A stretch of 64,000 nucleotides of DNA from an uncultured Bacillota bacterium (GTDB taxonomy: Bacteria > Bacillota_I > Bacilli_A > RF39 > UBA660): assembly GCA_947165005.1 (NCBI GenBank), contig CAMUYN010000002.1:7420-71419 (forward strand), in the 5' to 3' direction. Every line of letters begins with the position of its first letter. The stretch's first letter is position 1. The notes under the pieces were generated by a model, which searched no databases, was not told the origin of the DNA, and worked only from the letters and a program-made list of their open reading frames with translations. Shown here piece by piece: positions 1 to 8,401 of this stretch. The position numbers and the translations under genes were made by a program.

Positions 1-2
1 AA

Positions 3-482
3 ACTGCACAAGGAAAATATCCGGTTGAAACAGTTAGAATAATGGCTAATATTTGTGAAAGACAGGAAGGATATACAAATTATAATACTAATTATGCTTA
101 TGAAAGAAAGAATAATATAGTTGAAATGGTTGCAGAATCTGCATGTCTTTGTGCAAATGAATTAGATGCAAAATTAATTATTACTGGAACCTTATCAGGA
201 TATACTGCTAGAAAACTAAGTAATATGAAGCCACATTCAATTATATTTGCAACATGTGCTGATGCTAAGATAGCAAGATCACTTTCTTTATATTATGGTG
301 TAGAAACATGGGTAGTTGATTTTTATTCTTCAACTGATGAAATGATAGATCATTCTATTGATGTTGCTAAAGAAAGATTTAATCTTGAAAAAGGTGATTT
401 AGTAGTTATTACTGGTGGATTTACTGGTGAAACATTTGAAGAACATTCTACTAATTTAATGAAGATAGTAAATATAAAATAG
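3..482 (+). CDS. pyk: pyruvate kinase, C-terminal part (5' end outside window)
   Basis: Frame open from window edge; TAQGKYPVETVRIMANICERQE and C-terminal LVVITGG match conserved pyruvate kinase C-terminus. Confidence 0.8.
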   Translation, partial: TAQGKYPVETVRIMANICERQEGYTNYNTNYAYERKNNIVEMVAESACLCANELDAKLIITGTLSGYTARKLSNMKPHSIIFATCADAKIARSLSLYYGVETWVVDFYSSTDEMIDHSIDVAKERFNLEKGDLVVITGGFTGETFEEHSTNLMKIVNIK

Positions 483-506
483 ACTTAAAAACAAGTCTAT
501 TTTTTT
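481..506 (+). terminator. Rho-independent terminator after pyk
   Basis: Hairpin AGACTT-AAAAAC-AAGTCT followed by T-run. Confidence 0.75.
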
Positions 507-534
507 ATTTTGTGTTATAATTATTTTAAGGTAG

Positions 535-1581
535 GTGGTAAATATAAAAGACTTATTTAAAAATTCAAAAACAGGATATTTATACTTTTATATTCATTTT
601 GTAGTAGAAATAGTATGTTTCTTTTATTTATCTAGAGTAACAAATAATTCTGCATTTATATGGTTAGTACCATTTATATATGATGGGCTTGCATTTGTAC
701 CTCAAAGTATAATCGGATATATATCAGATAAGTATCCAAAAATAAATATGGGCTTAATTGGAGTAATATTATTAGTTATATCATATTTATTATATGGTTT
801 AACAAACATATCTGTTTATATTTCATTAGTAATATTATGTCTTGGTAATGCATTTTTACATGTTTCTGGAGCAGAAGATACATTAAGAGCTTCTAATGGT
901 AAATTAAGTCCTGCTGCTATATTTGTTTCAGGCGGTTCTTTTGGAGTGGTTTCAGGTAAATTACTTGCAAGAACTAGTTTAAATCCTTTGATATTAATAC
1001 CATTAATATTAACAATAATACCATTTGTTTTATTATCAAAAACATATATTAAAAAGGATAGTAATACAAATAATTTTAATTATGTTAAGGAAGGTCTAAA
1101 TCCAAATGTAGTAATATTTGTAGCAGTATTAGTCGTTATTATAAGAGGGTATATGGGATATGGTATTCCTACTTCTTGGAATAAGACAACTCTCCAATTA
1201 ATAATATTCTTTTGTACTATGGGTCTTGGTAAAGCACTAGGTGGAATATTATCTGATTTATTTGGAATTAGAAAAGTAGCAATTATATCTTGTTTACTTG
1301 CAATTCCATTCTTATGTTTTGGGGATAATAATATGTTTATATCTTTAATAGGTGTAATGTTCTTCTCTATGACTATGGCTATAACACTTGGAATACTAGT
1401 GTCTAAACTAAAGAAAAAACCAGGTCTTGCATTTGGTTTAACTACAATAGGGTTATTTTTAGGAACAGCCCCAATATTTTTTATAAAACTAAATATGATT
1501 GGTAATATTATAGTAATTATAGTGGCATCAATATTATGTTCTATAGCTTTAGGTTATATACTAAAGGGGGATAAAAAATGA
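535..1581 (+). CDS. polytopic membrane protein, MFS-like transporter
   Basis: About 10-12 hydrophobic segments; motif-A-like GYISDKYPK in first half and GGILSDLFGIRK in second half; GTG start after AGGTAGG. Confidence 0.5.
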   Translation: MVNIKDLFKNSKTGYLYFYIHFVVEIVCFFYLSRVTNNSAFIWLVPFIYDGLAFVPQSIIGYISDKYPKINMGLIGVILLVISYLLYGLTNISVYISLVILCLGNAFLHVSGAEDTLRASNGKLSPAAIFVSGGSFGVVSGKLLARTSLNPLILIPLILTIIPFVLLSKTYIKKDSNTNNFNYVKEGLNPNVVIFVAVLVVIIRGYMGYGIPTSWNKTTLQLIIFFCTMGLGKALGGILSDLFGIRKVAIISCLLAIPFLCFGDNNMFISLIGVMFFSMTMAITLGILVSKLKKKPGLAFGLTTIGLFLGTAPIFFIKLNMIGNIIVIIVASILCSIALGYILKGDKK

Positions 1582-1712
1582 GATTAATATATTACAATGA
1601 TTTAATTAGAAATAATGAATTATTATTTTGGATATATGTAATTATAATGATAATAATTATTCTGTTAACAATAGTATTTGTTAGAAAAGAGCTAAAAAAT
1701 GAATCTAAATAA
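1578..1712 (+). CDS. 44-aa single-TM micro-protein (hypothetical)
   Basis: ATGA overlap with upstream stop, overlaps next start by 14 nt; MRLIYYNDLIRNNELLFWIYVIIMIIIILLTIVFVRKELKNESK has one TM helix. Confidence 0.35.
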   Translation: MRLIYYNDLIRNNELLFWIYVIIMIIIILLTIVFVRKELKNESK

Positions 1713-2052
1713 TTTACCAATTATATTAATTAGATGTTTATTATTAACAATTATAATAGAGGTAATAGTGGCATTAATATTAAGTGTTAAAGATAAAAAA
1801 GATATTCTTAATGTTGTTCTTGTCAATGTAATAACTAATCCAATTGTTGTTATGACTCAGACAATTCTATATATAAAATTTGGTTATAATATAGAGATGA
1901 TAGGTATATTAGTTTTAGAAATTTCGGTAGTATTAGTTGAAGGTTTAATATATAAAAAAGTATTAAATTATAATAAGATTAATCCATTATTATTATCATT
2001 ATTATTAAATGCATCTTCGTTTTTTATAGGCGAATTAATAAATTATTTATAA
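1699..2052 (+). CDS. small integral membrane protein (117 aa, 3-4 TM), unknown family
   Basis: ORF track; hydrophobic throughout with intramembrane E/N/TNP residues; packed in operon. Confidence 0.5.
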   Translation: MNLNNLPIILIRCLLLTIIIEVIVALILSVKDKKDILNVVLVNVITNPIVVMTQTILYIKFGYNIEMIGILVLEISVVLVEGLIYKKVLNYNKINPLLLSLLLNASSFFIGELINYL

Positions 2053-2062
2053 GGAGGTATAT

Positions 2063-2224
2063 ATGAGATTTTTAGATGTAATTGGTCCAGGAGATCCAGG
2101 TTATTATGATTATCCAGTAGATACTAATTATATTCCAGCAATTATTATTGGTTCAGTAGTAGTTGTTATAGCAATAGTATTAATTATTGCTGCATTAATT
2201 AAAAATAAAGATAAAAAGAAATAG
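2063..2224 (+). CDS. 53-aa single-pass membrane micro-protein, FLDxIGPG paralogue 1
   Basis: AAGGAGG SD 5 nt upstream of ATG; MRFLDVIGPGDPGYYDYPVDTNYIPAIIIGSVVVVIAIVLIIAALIKNKDKKK; paralogous to next ORF. Confidence 0.55.
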   Translation: MRFLDVIGPGDPGYYDYPVDTNYIPAIIIGSVVVVIAIVLIIAALIKNKDKKK

Positions 2225-2232
2225 GAGTTTTT

Positions 2233-2379
2233 ATGTGTTTTTTAGATGATATAGGACCAGGTTTTGAACCTGGTAAAACAGGGATTCCAGTTAATCCAAT
2301 TATAATTGCTATAATATCAGCAATTATAATAGCAATCATAATAGTAACTGCAATATTAATTAAGAAGGGAAATAAGTAA
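2233..2379 (+). CDS. 48-aa single-pass membrane micro-protein, FLDxIGPG paralogue 2
   Basis: AGGAG SD 5 nt upstream; MCFLDDIGPGFEPGKTGIPVNPIIIAIISAIIIAIIIVTAILIKKGNK; shares N-terminal motif, TM and Lys tail with previous ORF. Confidence 0.55.
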   Translation: MCFLDDIGPGFEPGKTGIPVNPIIIAIISAIIIAIIIVTAILIKKGNK

Positions 2380-2380
2380 T

Positions 2381-3583
2381 ATGAAAATTATAAGAAGAAT
2401 TATTTTATTTTTGGCAATCATATTAAGCGTTTTGTGGATAGAAGCTGCTCATGCAGATATGAGTGCTCCAGAAATGAGAGAATTTGAAGTAGTAGTAACT
2501 AATCCAGATGGGATTGATTATTATGACTATAATGGAACTGTTGTTGGTCATTTAAATAAAGGAGAAACAGTAATAGTTGCGTATCAATATAATGATAAAT
2601 ATAGACTTGCCTCAAAAGAAAAAAACAAATTTGGAAATTATGAAACTTTTGGGAATGTTACTAGTCTAGATGGATTTAGTATAGTTCAAGAAGAAGTAGA
2701 TCCAACTAAAACAACTGAAGGTATTACAAAACTTGAGAAAACAGCAAAGGCAAGAGTTTATGCAGATGAAGGTGTTGATGTTTATAAAGGTCCATCAGAT
2801 GTATATGAAAAAGTAGGCCATATTAAAAAAGATGTTATATTATCATATGATTATGAAGTTCAATCTACTGCAGGTGGAATAGTAAACATTTATGTTGAAT
2901 ATAATGGAATAAAAGGGTGGGTAGAAATACTAAAAGGCAAAGTATTAATCCAAAATGATGCACAATACATATTTAGTGATGATATTTCTACAGAATGTGG
3001 AGTAATTCCAAAAAACTCTATAGCAACTCCAAAATATGTAACAGATTCATGGACTCATAAATCATTATTTGAATACAATGGATGCGAATTCATGTATGAA
3101 ACTTTTAGAGATGACAAAGTATTCTATATATATCAATACAATCAAAAAACGCTTGTAGATCTTCCATTATATGAATATGCAGATACTACAAGTACCCAAT
3201 TAGGAACCGCTCCTGCTGGAAGTTTAATAACAGTTTTAGCAAGTAAAGATACTATGGGTGATCCAGAATATGTTATGTATGTAAAATATAATGATATAAC
3301 AGGATGGGCTGTAGGTTCAGGAGATGTATTTGATTATAATAACTATACACCAAATGACGATGATCCGGTTAAAATAGACGATACAATAAAAGTAGAGGAA
3401 GAAGATATTTCATCAGAAGTATCAATTCCAAACGCAAAGATGGGTTTAAATACATTAATATTATTATGTTCTTTTGGAGTAGGACTTTTAGTTGTAACAG
3501 CATTAGTTACAATAATATTAGTAAATAAGAATAAAGCAGCTAAAAACGAAGAAACAAAGGTAGAAAAAACTAAAGAAAAATAA
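2381..3583 (+). CDS. exported protein with SH3b-like repeats and C-terminal TM anchor
   Basis: Signal peptide ending AHA-DM; repeats ending in GWVEI / GWAVG resembling bacterial SH3 domains; C-terminal hydrophobic helix plus Lys/Glu tail. Confidence 0.55.
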   Translation: MKIIRRIILFLAIILSVLWIEAAHADMSAPEMREFEVVVTNPDGIDYYDYNGTVVGHLNKGETVIVAYQYNDKYRLASKEKNKFGNYETFGNVTSLDGFSIVQEEVDPTKTTEGITKLEKTAKARVYADEGVDVYKGPSDVYEKVGHIKKDVILSYDYEVQSTAGGIVNIYVEYNGIKGWVEILKGKVLIQNDAQYIFSDDISTECGVIPKNSIATPKYVTDSWTHKSLFEYNGCEFMYETFRDDKVFYIYQYNQKTLVDLPLYEYADTTSTQLGTAPAGSLITVLASKDTMGDPEYVMYVKYNDITGWAVGSGDVFDYNNYTPNDDDPVKIDDTIKVEEEDISSEVSIPNAKMGLNTLILLCSFGVGLLVVTALVTIILVNKNKAAKNEETKVEKTKEK

Positions 3584-3606
3584 AGCAATTTGCTTTATTT
3601 TTTTTA
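3581..3606 (+). terminator. Rho-independent terminator
   Basis: TAAAGCA-ATT-TGCTTTA hairpin followed by T8. Confidence 0.8.
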
Positions 3607-3636
3607 ATTTGTTATAATTATTATGGTGAATTTTTT

Positions 3637-4233
3637 ATGAAAATTAATTCGGTTGAGCTCGCGATTAGCGCGGTAAGACAAAGTCAATATCCAGAAGATA
3701 AAAAACCAGAGTTTTTATTATGTGGAAGAAGTAATGTAGGTAAAAGTAGTTTTATAAACTCTATAATAGAAAGAAAAGATCTTGCTAGAGTATCCTCTAA
3801 TCCAGGTAAAACTCAAACATTAAATTTCTATAATGTTAATGATAGCTTCTACATAGTAGACGTACCAGGATATGGTTATGCTACTGTAAGTGAAGAAGTA
3901 AGACAAAAATTTGGAAAAATGATTGAGGAATATCTAGAAAATAGGGAAAACTTAGAAAGAGTATTTTTATTAATAGATTTTAAAGTAAAACCTACTCAAG
4001 ATGATTTACTTATGTATAACTTCTTAAAATATCATAATTTACCAGTAACTATAATAGCTACTAAGGTAGATAAAGTAGGTAAAAATGACAGAGAAAAACA
4101 AATAGAAGCTATTAAACAAGAATTAGAAATAAAAGATGGAGATAATTTTGTATTATTCTCTTCTAAAACTAAACTAGGTAAAATAGAAATACAAAACGAG
4201 ATAGAAAAAATAGTTTATGGAAAAGAAGAATAA
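3637..4233 (+). CDS. engB: ribosome biogenesis GTPase YsxC/EngB
   Basis: G1 GRSNVGKSS, VDVPGYG, ATKVDK motifs; typical about 195 aa length. Confidence 0.9.
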   Translation: MKINSVELAISAVRQSQYPEDKKPEFLLCGRSNVGKSSFINSIIERKDLARVSSNPGKTQTLNFYNVNDSFYIVDVPGYGYATVSEEVRQKFGKMIEEYLENRENLERVFLLIDFKVKPTQDDLLMYNFLKYHNLPVTIIATKVDKVGKNDREKQIEAIKQELEIKDGDNFVLFSSKTKLGKIEIQNEIEKIVYGKEE

Positions 4234-4288
4234 TTCTTTTCTTTTTTGTTCTTTATGATATAATTTATAAGAAAAAGAGGTGAGAAAT

Positions 4289-5599
4289 ATGAAAATTCCA
4301 ACAGTTGCATTAGTAGGAAGACCAAATGTAGGTAAAAGTAGTTTATTTAATAGAATGCTTAGGAAAAAGGTTTCTATTATAGAAAATACTCCTGGTATAA
4401 CAAGAGATAGAATATATGGTGTTGCAAACTATAAAGATTATAAATTTAATTTGATTGATACTGGTGGAATTGATATTTCCACAGGAGAATTTAATCTAGA
4501 GATTAAGATGCAAGCAGAAATAGCTATAGATGAAGCAGATGTAGTTATATTTGTTGTAGATGGTAAAGAAGGATTAAATGCTAATGATAAAGTAATTAGT
4601 GAATTATTATATAAATCAAAGAAAAAAGTAATAGTAGCAATAAATAAAATGGATTCTAATGAGTTTAAAAAGAATTCTATGGATTTCTATGAACTTGGAT
4701 TTGAACATTATATTGGAGTATCAGCTGAACATGGTAAAGGAATGGATAATCTACTTACTGAAGTTATCAAAGATTTTCCTAAACAAGATGAACTTGAAGA
4801 AGATCCAAGAATGAAATTCTGTTTAATAGGAAGACCAAATGTAGGTAAATCTTCATTAGTTAATGCTCTTGTTAAAGAAGATAGAGTAATTGTAAGTAAT
4901 GTACCTGGTACTACAAGAGATTCCATTGATACAGTTTTAAAATATGATAAAAAAGAATATGTAGTTATAGATACTGCAGGTATGAGAAAAAAAGGCAAAA
5001 TATATGAAGATGTAGAGAAATACAGTTTACTTAGAGCAATGAAAGCTATTGAAAGAAGTAATGTATGTGTAATTGTTATAAATGCAGAAGAAGGCATTAT
5101 AGAACAAGATAAACATATAGCATCATATGCGATTGAAGCAGGTAAAGCAATAGTGATTGCAGTGAATAAATGGGATACTAAAAAAGATGAAGATATTAAA
5201 GAATATACTAAGTTAGTACGTGCTGAATTCCAGTTTTTACCATATGTACCAATAGTTTTCTTAAGTGCAAAAACAGGATCTAGAATACATACTTTAATGC
5301 CAGAAATAATTAAAGTATATGAAAATAGTAAAAAGGAAATAAAAACAAGTACTTTAAATAGTGTTATACAAGATGCATATGATTTAAATAAGGCTCCATC
5401 TTATAAGGGAAGAAGACTTAAAATATATTATGCGGTACAAACATCTACTGAACCTATTAGATTTGATATGTATGTTAATGATAAGGGTTTAGTTCACTTT
5501 TCATATTTAAGATACTTAGAAAATAAAATAAGAGAAAGTTTTGATTTTGAGGGTTGCCCAATAGATTTCAACTTTAAGAATAGAAGGGAAGAAAAATAA
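4289..5599 (+). CDS. der: ribosome biogenesis GTPase Der (EngA), tandem GTPase domains
   Basis: Two G domains (GRPNVGKSS twice, DTGG/DTAG, NKMD/NKWD) plus KH-like C-terminus; ATG 4289 has AAGAGG SD (track GTG 4280 is alternative). Confidence 0.92.
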   Translation: MKIPTVALVGRPNVGKSSLFNRMLRKKVSIIENTPGITRDRIYGVANYKDYKFNLIDTGGIDISTGEFNLEIKMQAEIAIDEADVVIFVVDGKEGLNANDKVISELLYKSKKKVIVAINKMDSNEFKKNSMDFYELGFEHYIGVSAEHGKGMDNLLTEVIKDFPKQDELEEDPRMKFCLIGRPNVGKSSLVNALVKEDRVIVSNVPGTTRDSIDTVLKYDKKEYVVIDTAGMRKKGKIYEDVEKYSLLRAMKAIERSNVCVIVINAEEGIIEQDKHIASYAIEAGKAIVIAVNKWDTKKDEDIKEYTKLVRAEFQFLPYVPIVFLSAKTGSRIHTLMPEIIKVYENSKKEIKTSTLNSVIQDAYDLNKAPSYKGRRLKIYYAVQTSTEPIRFDMYVNDKGLVHFSYLRYLENKIRESFDFEGCPIDFNFKNRREEK

Positions 5600-6085
5600 A
5601 TGAAAAAGAAAAAAGGGAGTTTATTTGATATTTTCGCTATATTTATAGCATTCCTATCTTTATTTTTTAATATTTTGTTACTTTATAATATAAAAAATAA
5701 TAAGGAACAAAGTATTACTCCTAGTAATAAAAATACATATAGTAAAAAGGAATTAGGAGAATATTTTAAGAACTATCAAAGTAAAAATAATTTAGCATTT
5801 TCAGATAATATAGTATTATGGGATGTCTCTAAGATTACATATAGAGGATTCTTTAAAGGAACATCTAAAAAACTATATTATATTACAGAAAGATTTAGCT
5901 GTATAACCGGAGATAAATGTGTTACTGCCTCTGGTATAATGGTAGATAAAGAATATGATTATAATGCAACATTTGTTGTATCTGTTGATTCCACAGATCC
6001 ATATGATTTGAAATTTGAAATACTAGATTATTCAATAGAAAATAATATAGATTTCATTCAAGATGAAATCTATGATCTAGAATAA
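5600..6085 (+). CDS. membrane-anchored hypothetical protein
   Basis: TAAATG junction with der; N-terminal TM helix then soluble domain; no family recognised. Confidence 0.5.
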   Translation: MKKKKGSLFDIFAIFIAFLSLFFNILLLYNIKNNKEQSITPSNKNTYSKKELGEYFKNYQSKNNLAFSDNIVLWDVSKITYRGFFKGTSKKLYYITERFSCITGDKCVTASGIMVDKEYDYNATFVVSVDSTDPYDLKFEILDYSIENNIDFIQDEIYDLE

Positions 6086-6111
6086 AAATATCACATTAGT
6101 GATATTTTTTT
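6086..6111 (+). terminator. Rho-independent terminator
   Basis: AAATATCAC-ATTA-GTGATATTT hairpin plus T-run. Confidence 0.8.
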
Positions 6112-6156
6112 AACATTATTTTTATATTAACATATACTTTATTAGAGGTGATTAAC

Positions 6157-6399
6157 TTGAATTTAAGTGATAGTTTTTTTAATAGAGTAGAAAAAAAGAC
6201 TAATGTTAAAAAGGAGACAATACTAGATCTTGCTGAAAAATTGCAGGGTGATAATATGAAAAATGAAGATAATTTAAGAGATGTAATAAGAAAACTAAGT
6301 GATTTAACTGGCAAGAATGTTAGTAAGGAACAAGAAGATAAGATAGTGAATACAATTATAAGTGATAAAGTTCCAAATAATATTGATAAGATGATTTAG
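6157..6399 (+). CDS. spoVIF: stage VI sporulation protein F
   Basis: FFNRVEKKTNV...LAEKLQ...NEDNLRDVIRKL...VSKEQEDKIVNTI closely parallels B. subtilis SpoVIF (YjcC); TTG 6157 follows AGAGG SD (GTG 6148 alternative). Confidence 0.75.
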   Translation: MNLSDSFFNRVEKKTNVKKETILDLAEKLQGDNMKNEDNLRDVIRKLSDLTGKNVSKEQEDKIVNTIISDKVPNNIDKMI

Positions 6400-6426
6400 A
6401 AAATTAGTAATAATTTTCTTTTTTTA
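6398..6426 (+). terminator. Rho-independent terminator after spoVIF
   Basis: AGAAAATTA-GTAA-TAATTTTCT hairpin then T7. Confidence 0.8.
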
Positions 6427-6436
6427 TTCATAAGTT
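6408..6436 (+). promoter_or_regulatory. candidate sigma-E-type promoter for spoIVA
   Basis: TAATAAT (-35-like, kmATAww) then 14 nt then CATAAGTT (vs CATACAnT) about 20 nt upstream of spoIVA ATG; spoIVA is sigma-E dependent in B. subtilis. Confidence 0.3.
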
Positions 6437-6457
6437 TCTATAGAAAGTAGGTAATTT

Positions 6458-7927
6458 ATGGATAAAAATGAGATTATAAAAAATATATCTGCCAGAACTA
6501 ATGGAGATATATATTTAGGAGTAGTAGGAGCAGTAAGAACTGGCAAGTCTAGTTTTATTAAAAAGTTTGTGGAAAACTTAGTAGTGCCAAGTATTAAAGA
6601 TGAATATGAGAAAAAAAGATGTTTAGATGAAATACCACAAAGTTCTGCTGGGAAACAAATAATGACCATTGAACCAAAATTTATTCCTGGAACTGCAGCT
6701 AAAATTAATATTGATGACTTTTCTTGTAATGTTAGATTGGTCGATTCAGTTGGTTATGTAATTAAAGAAGCAAAAGGCTATGAAGATGAATTTGGTAATC
6801 CTAGAATGGTTAAAACACCTTGGAGCGAAGAAGAAATGCCCTTTATAGAAGCAGCAGAAATTGGAACTGAAAAAGTTATTAGAGATCATTCTACTATAGG
6901 TATAGTAGTTACAACAGATGGTTCTATCGGAGATATTCCAAGAAGTGCATATTTACAAGCTGAACAAAATGTAGTCAGTGAATTGAGTGAAATAGGGAAG
7001 CCATTTATAGTTATACTTAATAGTACGCATCCAACTAGTCCAGAAACAATCAATTTAAGCAATAAATTAAAGGAAGAATATAATGTTCCTGTAATTCCAA
7101 TATCAGTTTTAGATATGAGAGAAAAAGATATCTGTAACATATTAAAGGAAGCATTATATGAATTTCCGGTATTAGATGTAAAAGTTGATATTCCAGATTG
7201 GATAGGTTCCCTAAAACCTAGTCATCCACTTAAAAAAACATATATGGATCAAATAAAAGAATCTGTTGTAGAAGTAGATAAACTAAGAGATGTAGATTCA
7301 ATTAATGAACATTTTAAAGAATGCGATTCAATAGAAAAAGCATATGTATCTAAAGTAGAACCTGGGAAAGGAGAAGTAACTATTACTTTGACTGCTCCAA
7401 ATAACTTATATGATGAAGTATTAAAAGAAGTAATAGGAACAAGTATTAATTCAAGAGCAACATTGTTATCAATATTTCAGGATTATAATGATACTAAAGA
7501 AGAATTTGATGAATATAAAAATGCTCTTAAAATGGTTAAAGCCTGTGGATATGGTATAGCCACACCAACTTTAAAAGATATGAAATTAGAAAAACCAGAA
7601 ATAATAAAACAAAATAACAGATATGGTGTTAAATTAAAAGCAGTAGCAACTTCAGTACATATGATTAAAGTTCCTGTGGAAAGTACTTTTGAACCAATAA
7701 TAGGATCAGAAGAGCAATGTAAAGAATTAATCGATTATTTAAATAAAGATAATAATGAAGATATATGGAAAAGTGAGATCTTTGGTAGAAGTCTTGATTC
7801 AATAGTTCAAGATGGTATCCAATCTAAATTAGTTAGTTTACCTGATGGGTTAAGGAATAAATTACAAGTAACTCTTACTAAAGTGGTAAATAAAGGATCA
7901 AATAATTTAATTGCTATTGTTTTATAA
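6458..7927 (+). CDS. spoIVA: stage IV sporulation protein A (spore coat morphogenetic ATPase)
   Basis: N-terminal DIYLGVVGAVRTGKSSFIKKF Walker A and full-length about 490 aa collinear with SpoIVA; conserved C-terminal ...NNLIAIVL. Confidence 0.93.
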   Translation: MDKNEIIKNISARTNGDIYLGVVGAVRTGKSSFIKKFVENLVVPSIKDEYEKKRCLDEIPQSSAGKQIMTIEPKFIPGTAAKINIDDFSCNVRLVDSVGYVIKEAKGYEDEFGNPRMVKTPWSEEEMPFIEAAEIGTEKVIRDHSTIGIVVTTDGSIGDIPRSAYLQAEQNVVSELSEIGKPFIVILNSTHPTSPETINLSNKLKEEYNVPVIPISVLDMREKDICNILKEALYEFPVLDVKVDIPDWIGSLKPSHPLKKTYMDQIKESVVEVDKLRDVDSINEHFKECDSIEKAYVSKVEPGKGEVTITLTAPNNLYDEVLKEVIGTSINSRATLLSIFQDYNDTKEEFDEYKNALKMVKACGYGIATPTLKDMKLEKPEIIKQNNRYGVKLKAVATSVHMIKVPVESTFEPIIGSEEQCKELIDYLNKDNNEDIWKSEIFGRSLDSIVQDGIQSKLVSLPDGLRNKLQVTLTKVVNKGSNNLIAIVL

Positions 7928-8059
7928 AAAATTGGCATTTTTATTACTATTTTTACCATTTTTTATTAAAATGTATTGATTTTAAAAGAAAAAAATGGTA
8001 TCTTAAGTATGTAAGCATAGATGTGCTTATTAAAAATATGTCACATGGAGGTAATGAAA

Positions 8060-8335
8060 ATGACAAAACAAGAATTTATCGATGCAATCGCAGCTAAATC
8101 TGGTTTAACTAAAGCTGATTCATCAAGAGCAGTTGAAGCTTTCATTGAAACTGTTACAAATACTTTAAAGAAAGGTGACAAAGTTACTTTAACTGGATTC
8201 GGTGTATTCAGCGTATCAAAAAGAGCTGCTAGAAACGGAAGAAATCCAAGAACTGGTGCAGTTGTTAAAATTGCTGCTTCAAACTCAGTTAAATTTAAAA
8301 CTGGTTCTAAATTAAAAGCTGCAGTAAATAAGTAG
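8060..8335 (+). CDS. hup: DNA-binding protein HU
   Basis: MTKQEFIDAIA...GFGVFSVSKRAARNGRNPRTG...FKTGSKLK is canonical HU; GGAGG SD 8 nt upstream of ATG 8060 (track start 8021 is an upstream extension). Confidence 0.93.
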   Translation: MTKQEFIDAIAAKSGLTKADSSRAVEAFIETVTNTLKKGDKVTLTGFGVFSVSKRAARNGRNPRTGAVVKIAASNSVKFKTGSKLKAAVNK

Positions 8336-8340
8336 TATAT

Positions 8341-8367
8341 AAAAAACCATTATTTAATGGTTTTTTC
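8341..8367 (+). terminator. Rho-independent terminator after hup
   Basis: AAAAAACCATTA-TT-TAATGGTTTTTT hairpin with T-run. Confidence 0.85.
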
Positions 8368-8401
8368 TTTTGCTTATGTTATAATTATTATGGAGGTAAC
8401 T

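Noticed and set aside
4708-5097. Antisense shadow ORFs inside well-supported genes. Examples: 3343-3588, 4708-5097, 6096-6314, 6424-6669, 6886-7140, 14620-14874, 19395-19580, 21540-21746, 22038-22352, 24445-24681, 24808-24993, 27372-27755, 29424-29708, 32158-32433, 32757-32990, 33100-33285, 38927-39109, 41323-41517, 43644-43874, 45225-45485, 48170-48409, 48505-48726, 48717-48899, 49973-50179, 50906-51253, 52813-53016, 54997-55212, 55465-55659, 55831-56019, 56106-56303, 57786-58148, 61166-61426, 62787-63026, 62966-63196
   Set aside because: They have S/F/I/L-rich low-complexity translations typical of the reverse frame of AT-rich genes. They have no SD and overlap confidently identified genes on the other strand.
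8021-8059. Upstream extensions of several track ORFs (hup 8021, cca 8357, rhodanese 10126, recA 41794, ackA 28180, rny 45660, yutD 25776, sufB 60519 and others)
   Set aside because: In each case an internal ATG is preceded by a well-spaced GGAGG-type SD and matches the expected N-terminus of the family. Some extensions run through the upstream terminator.
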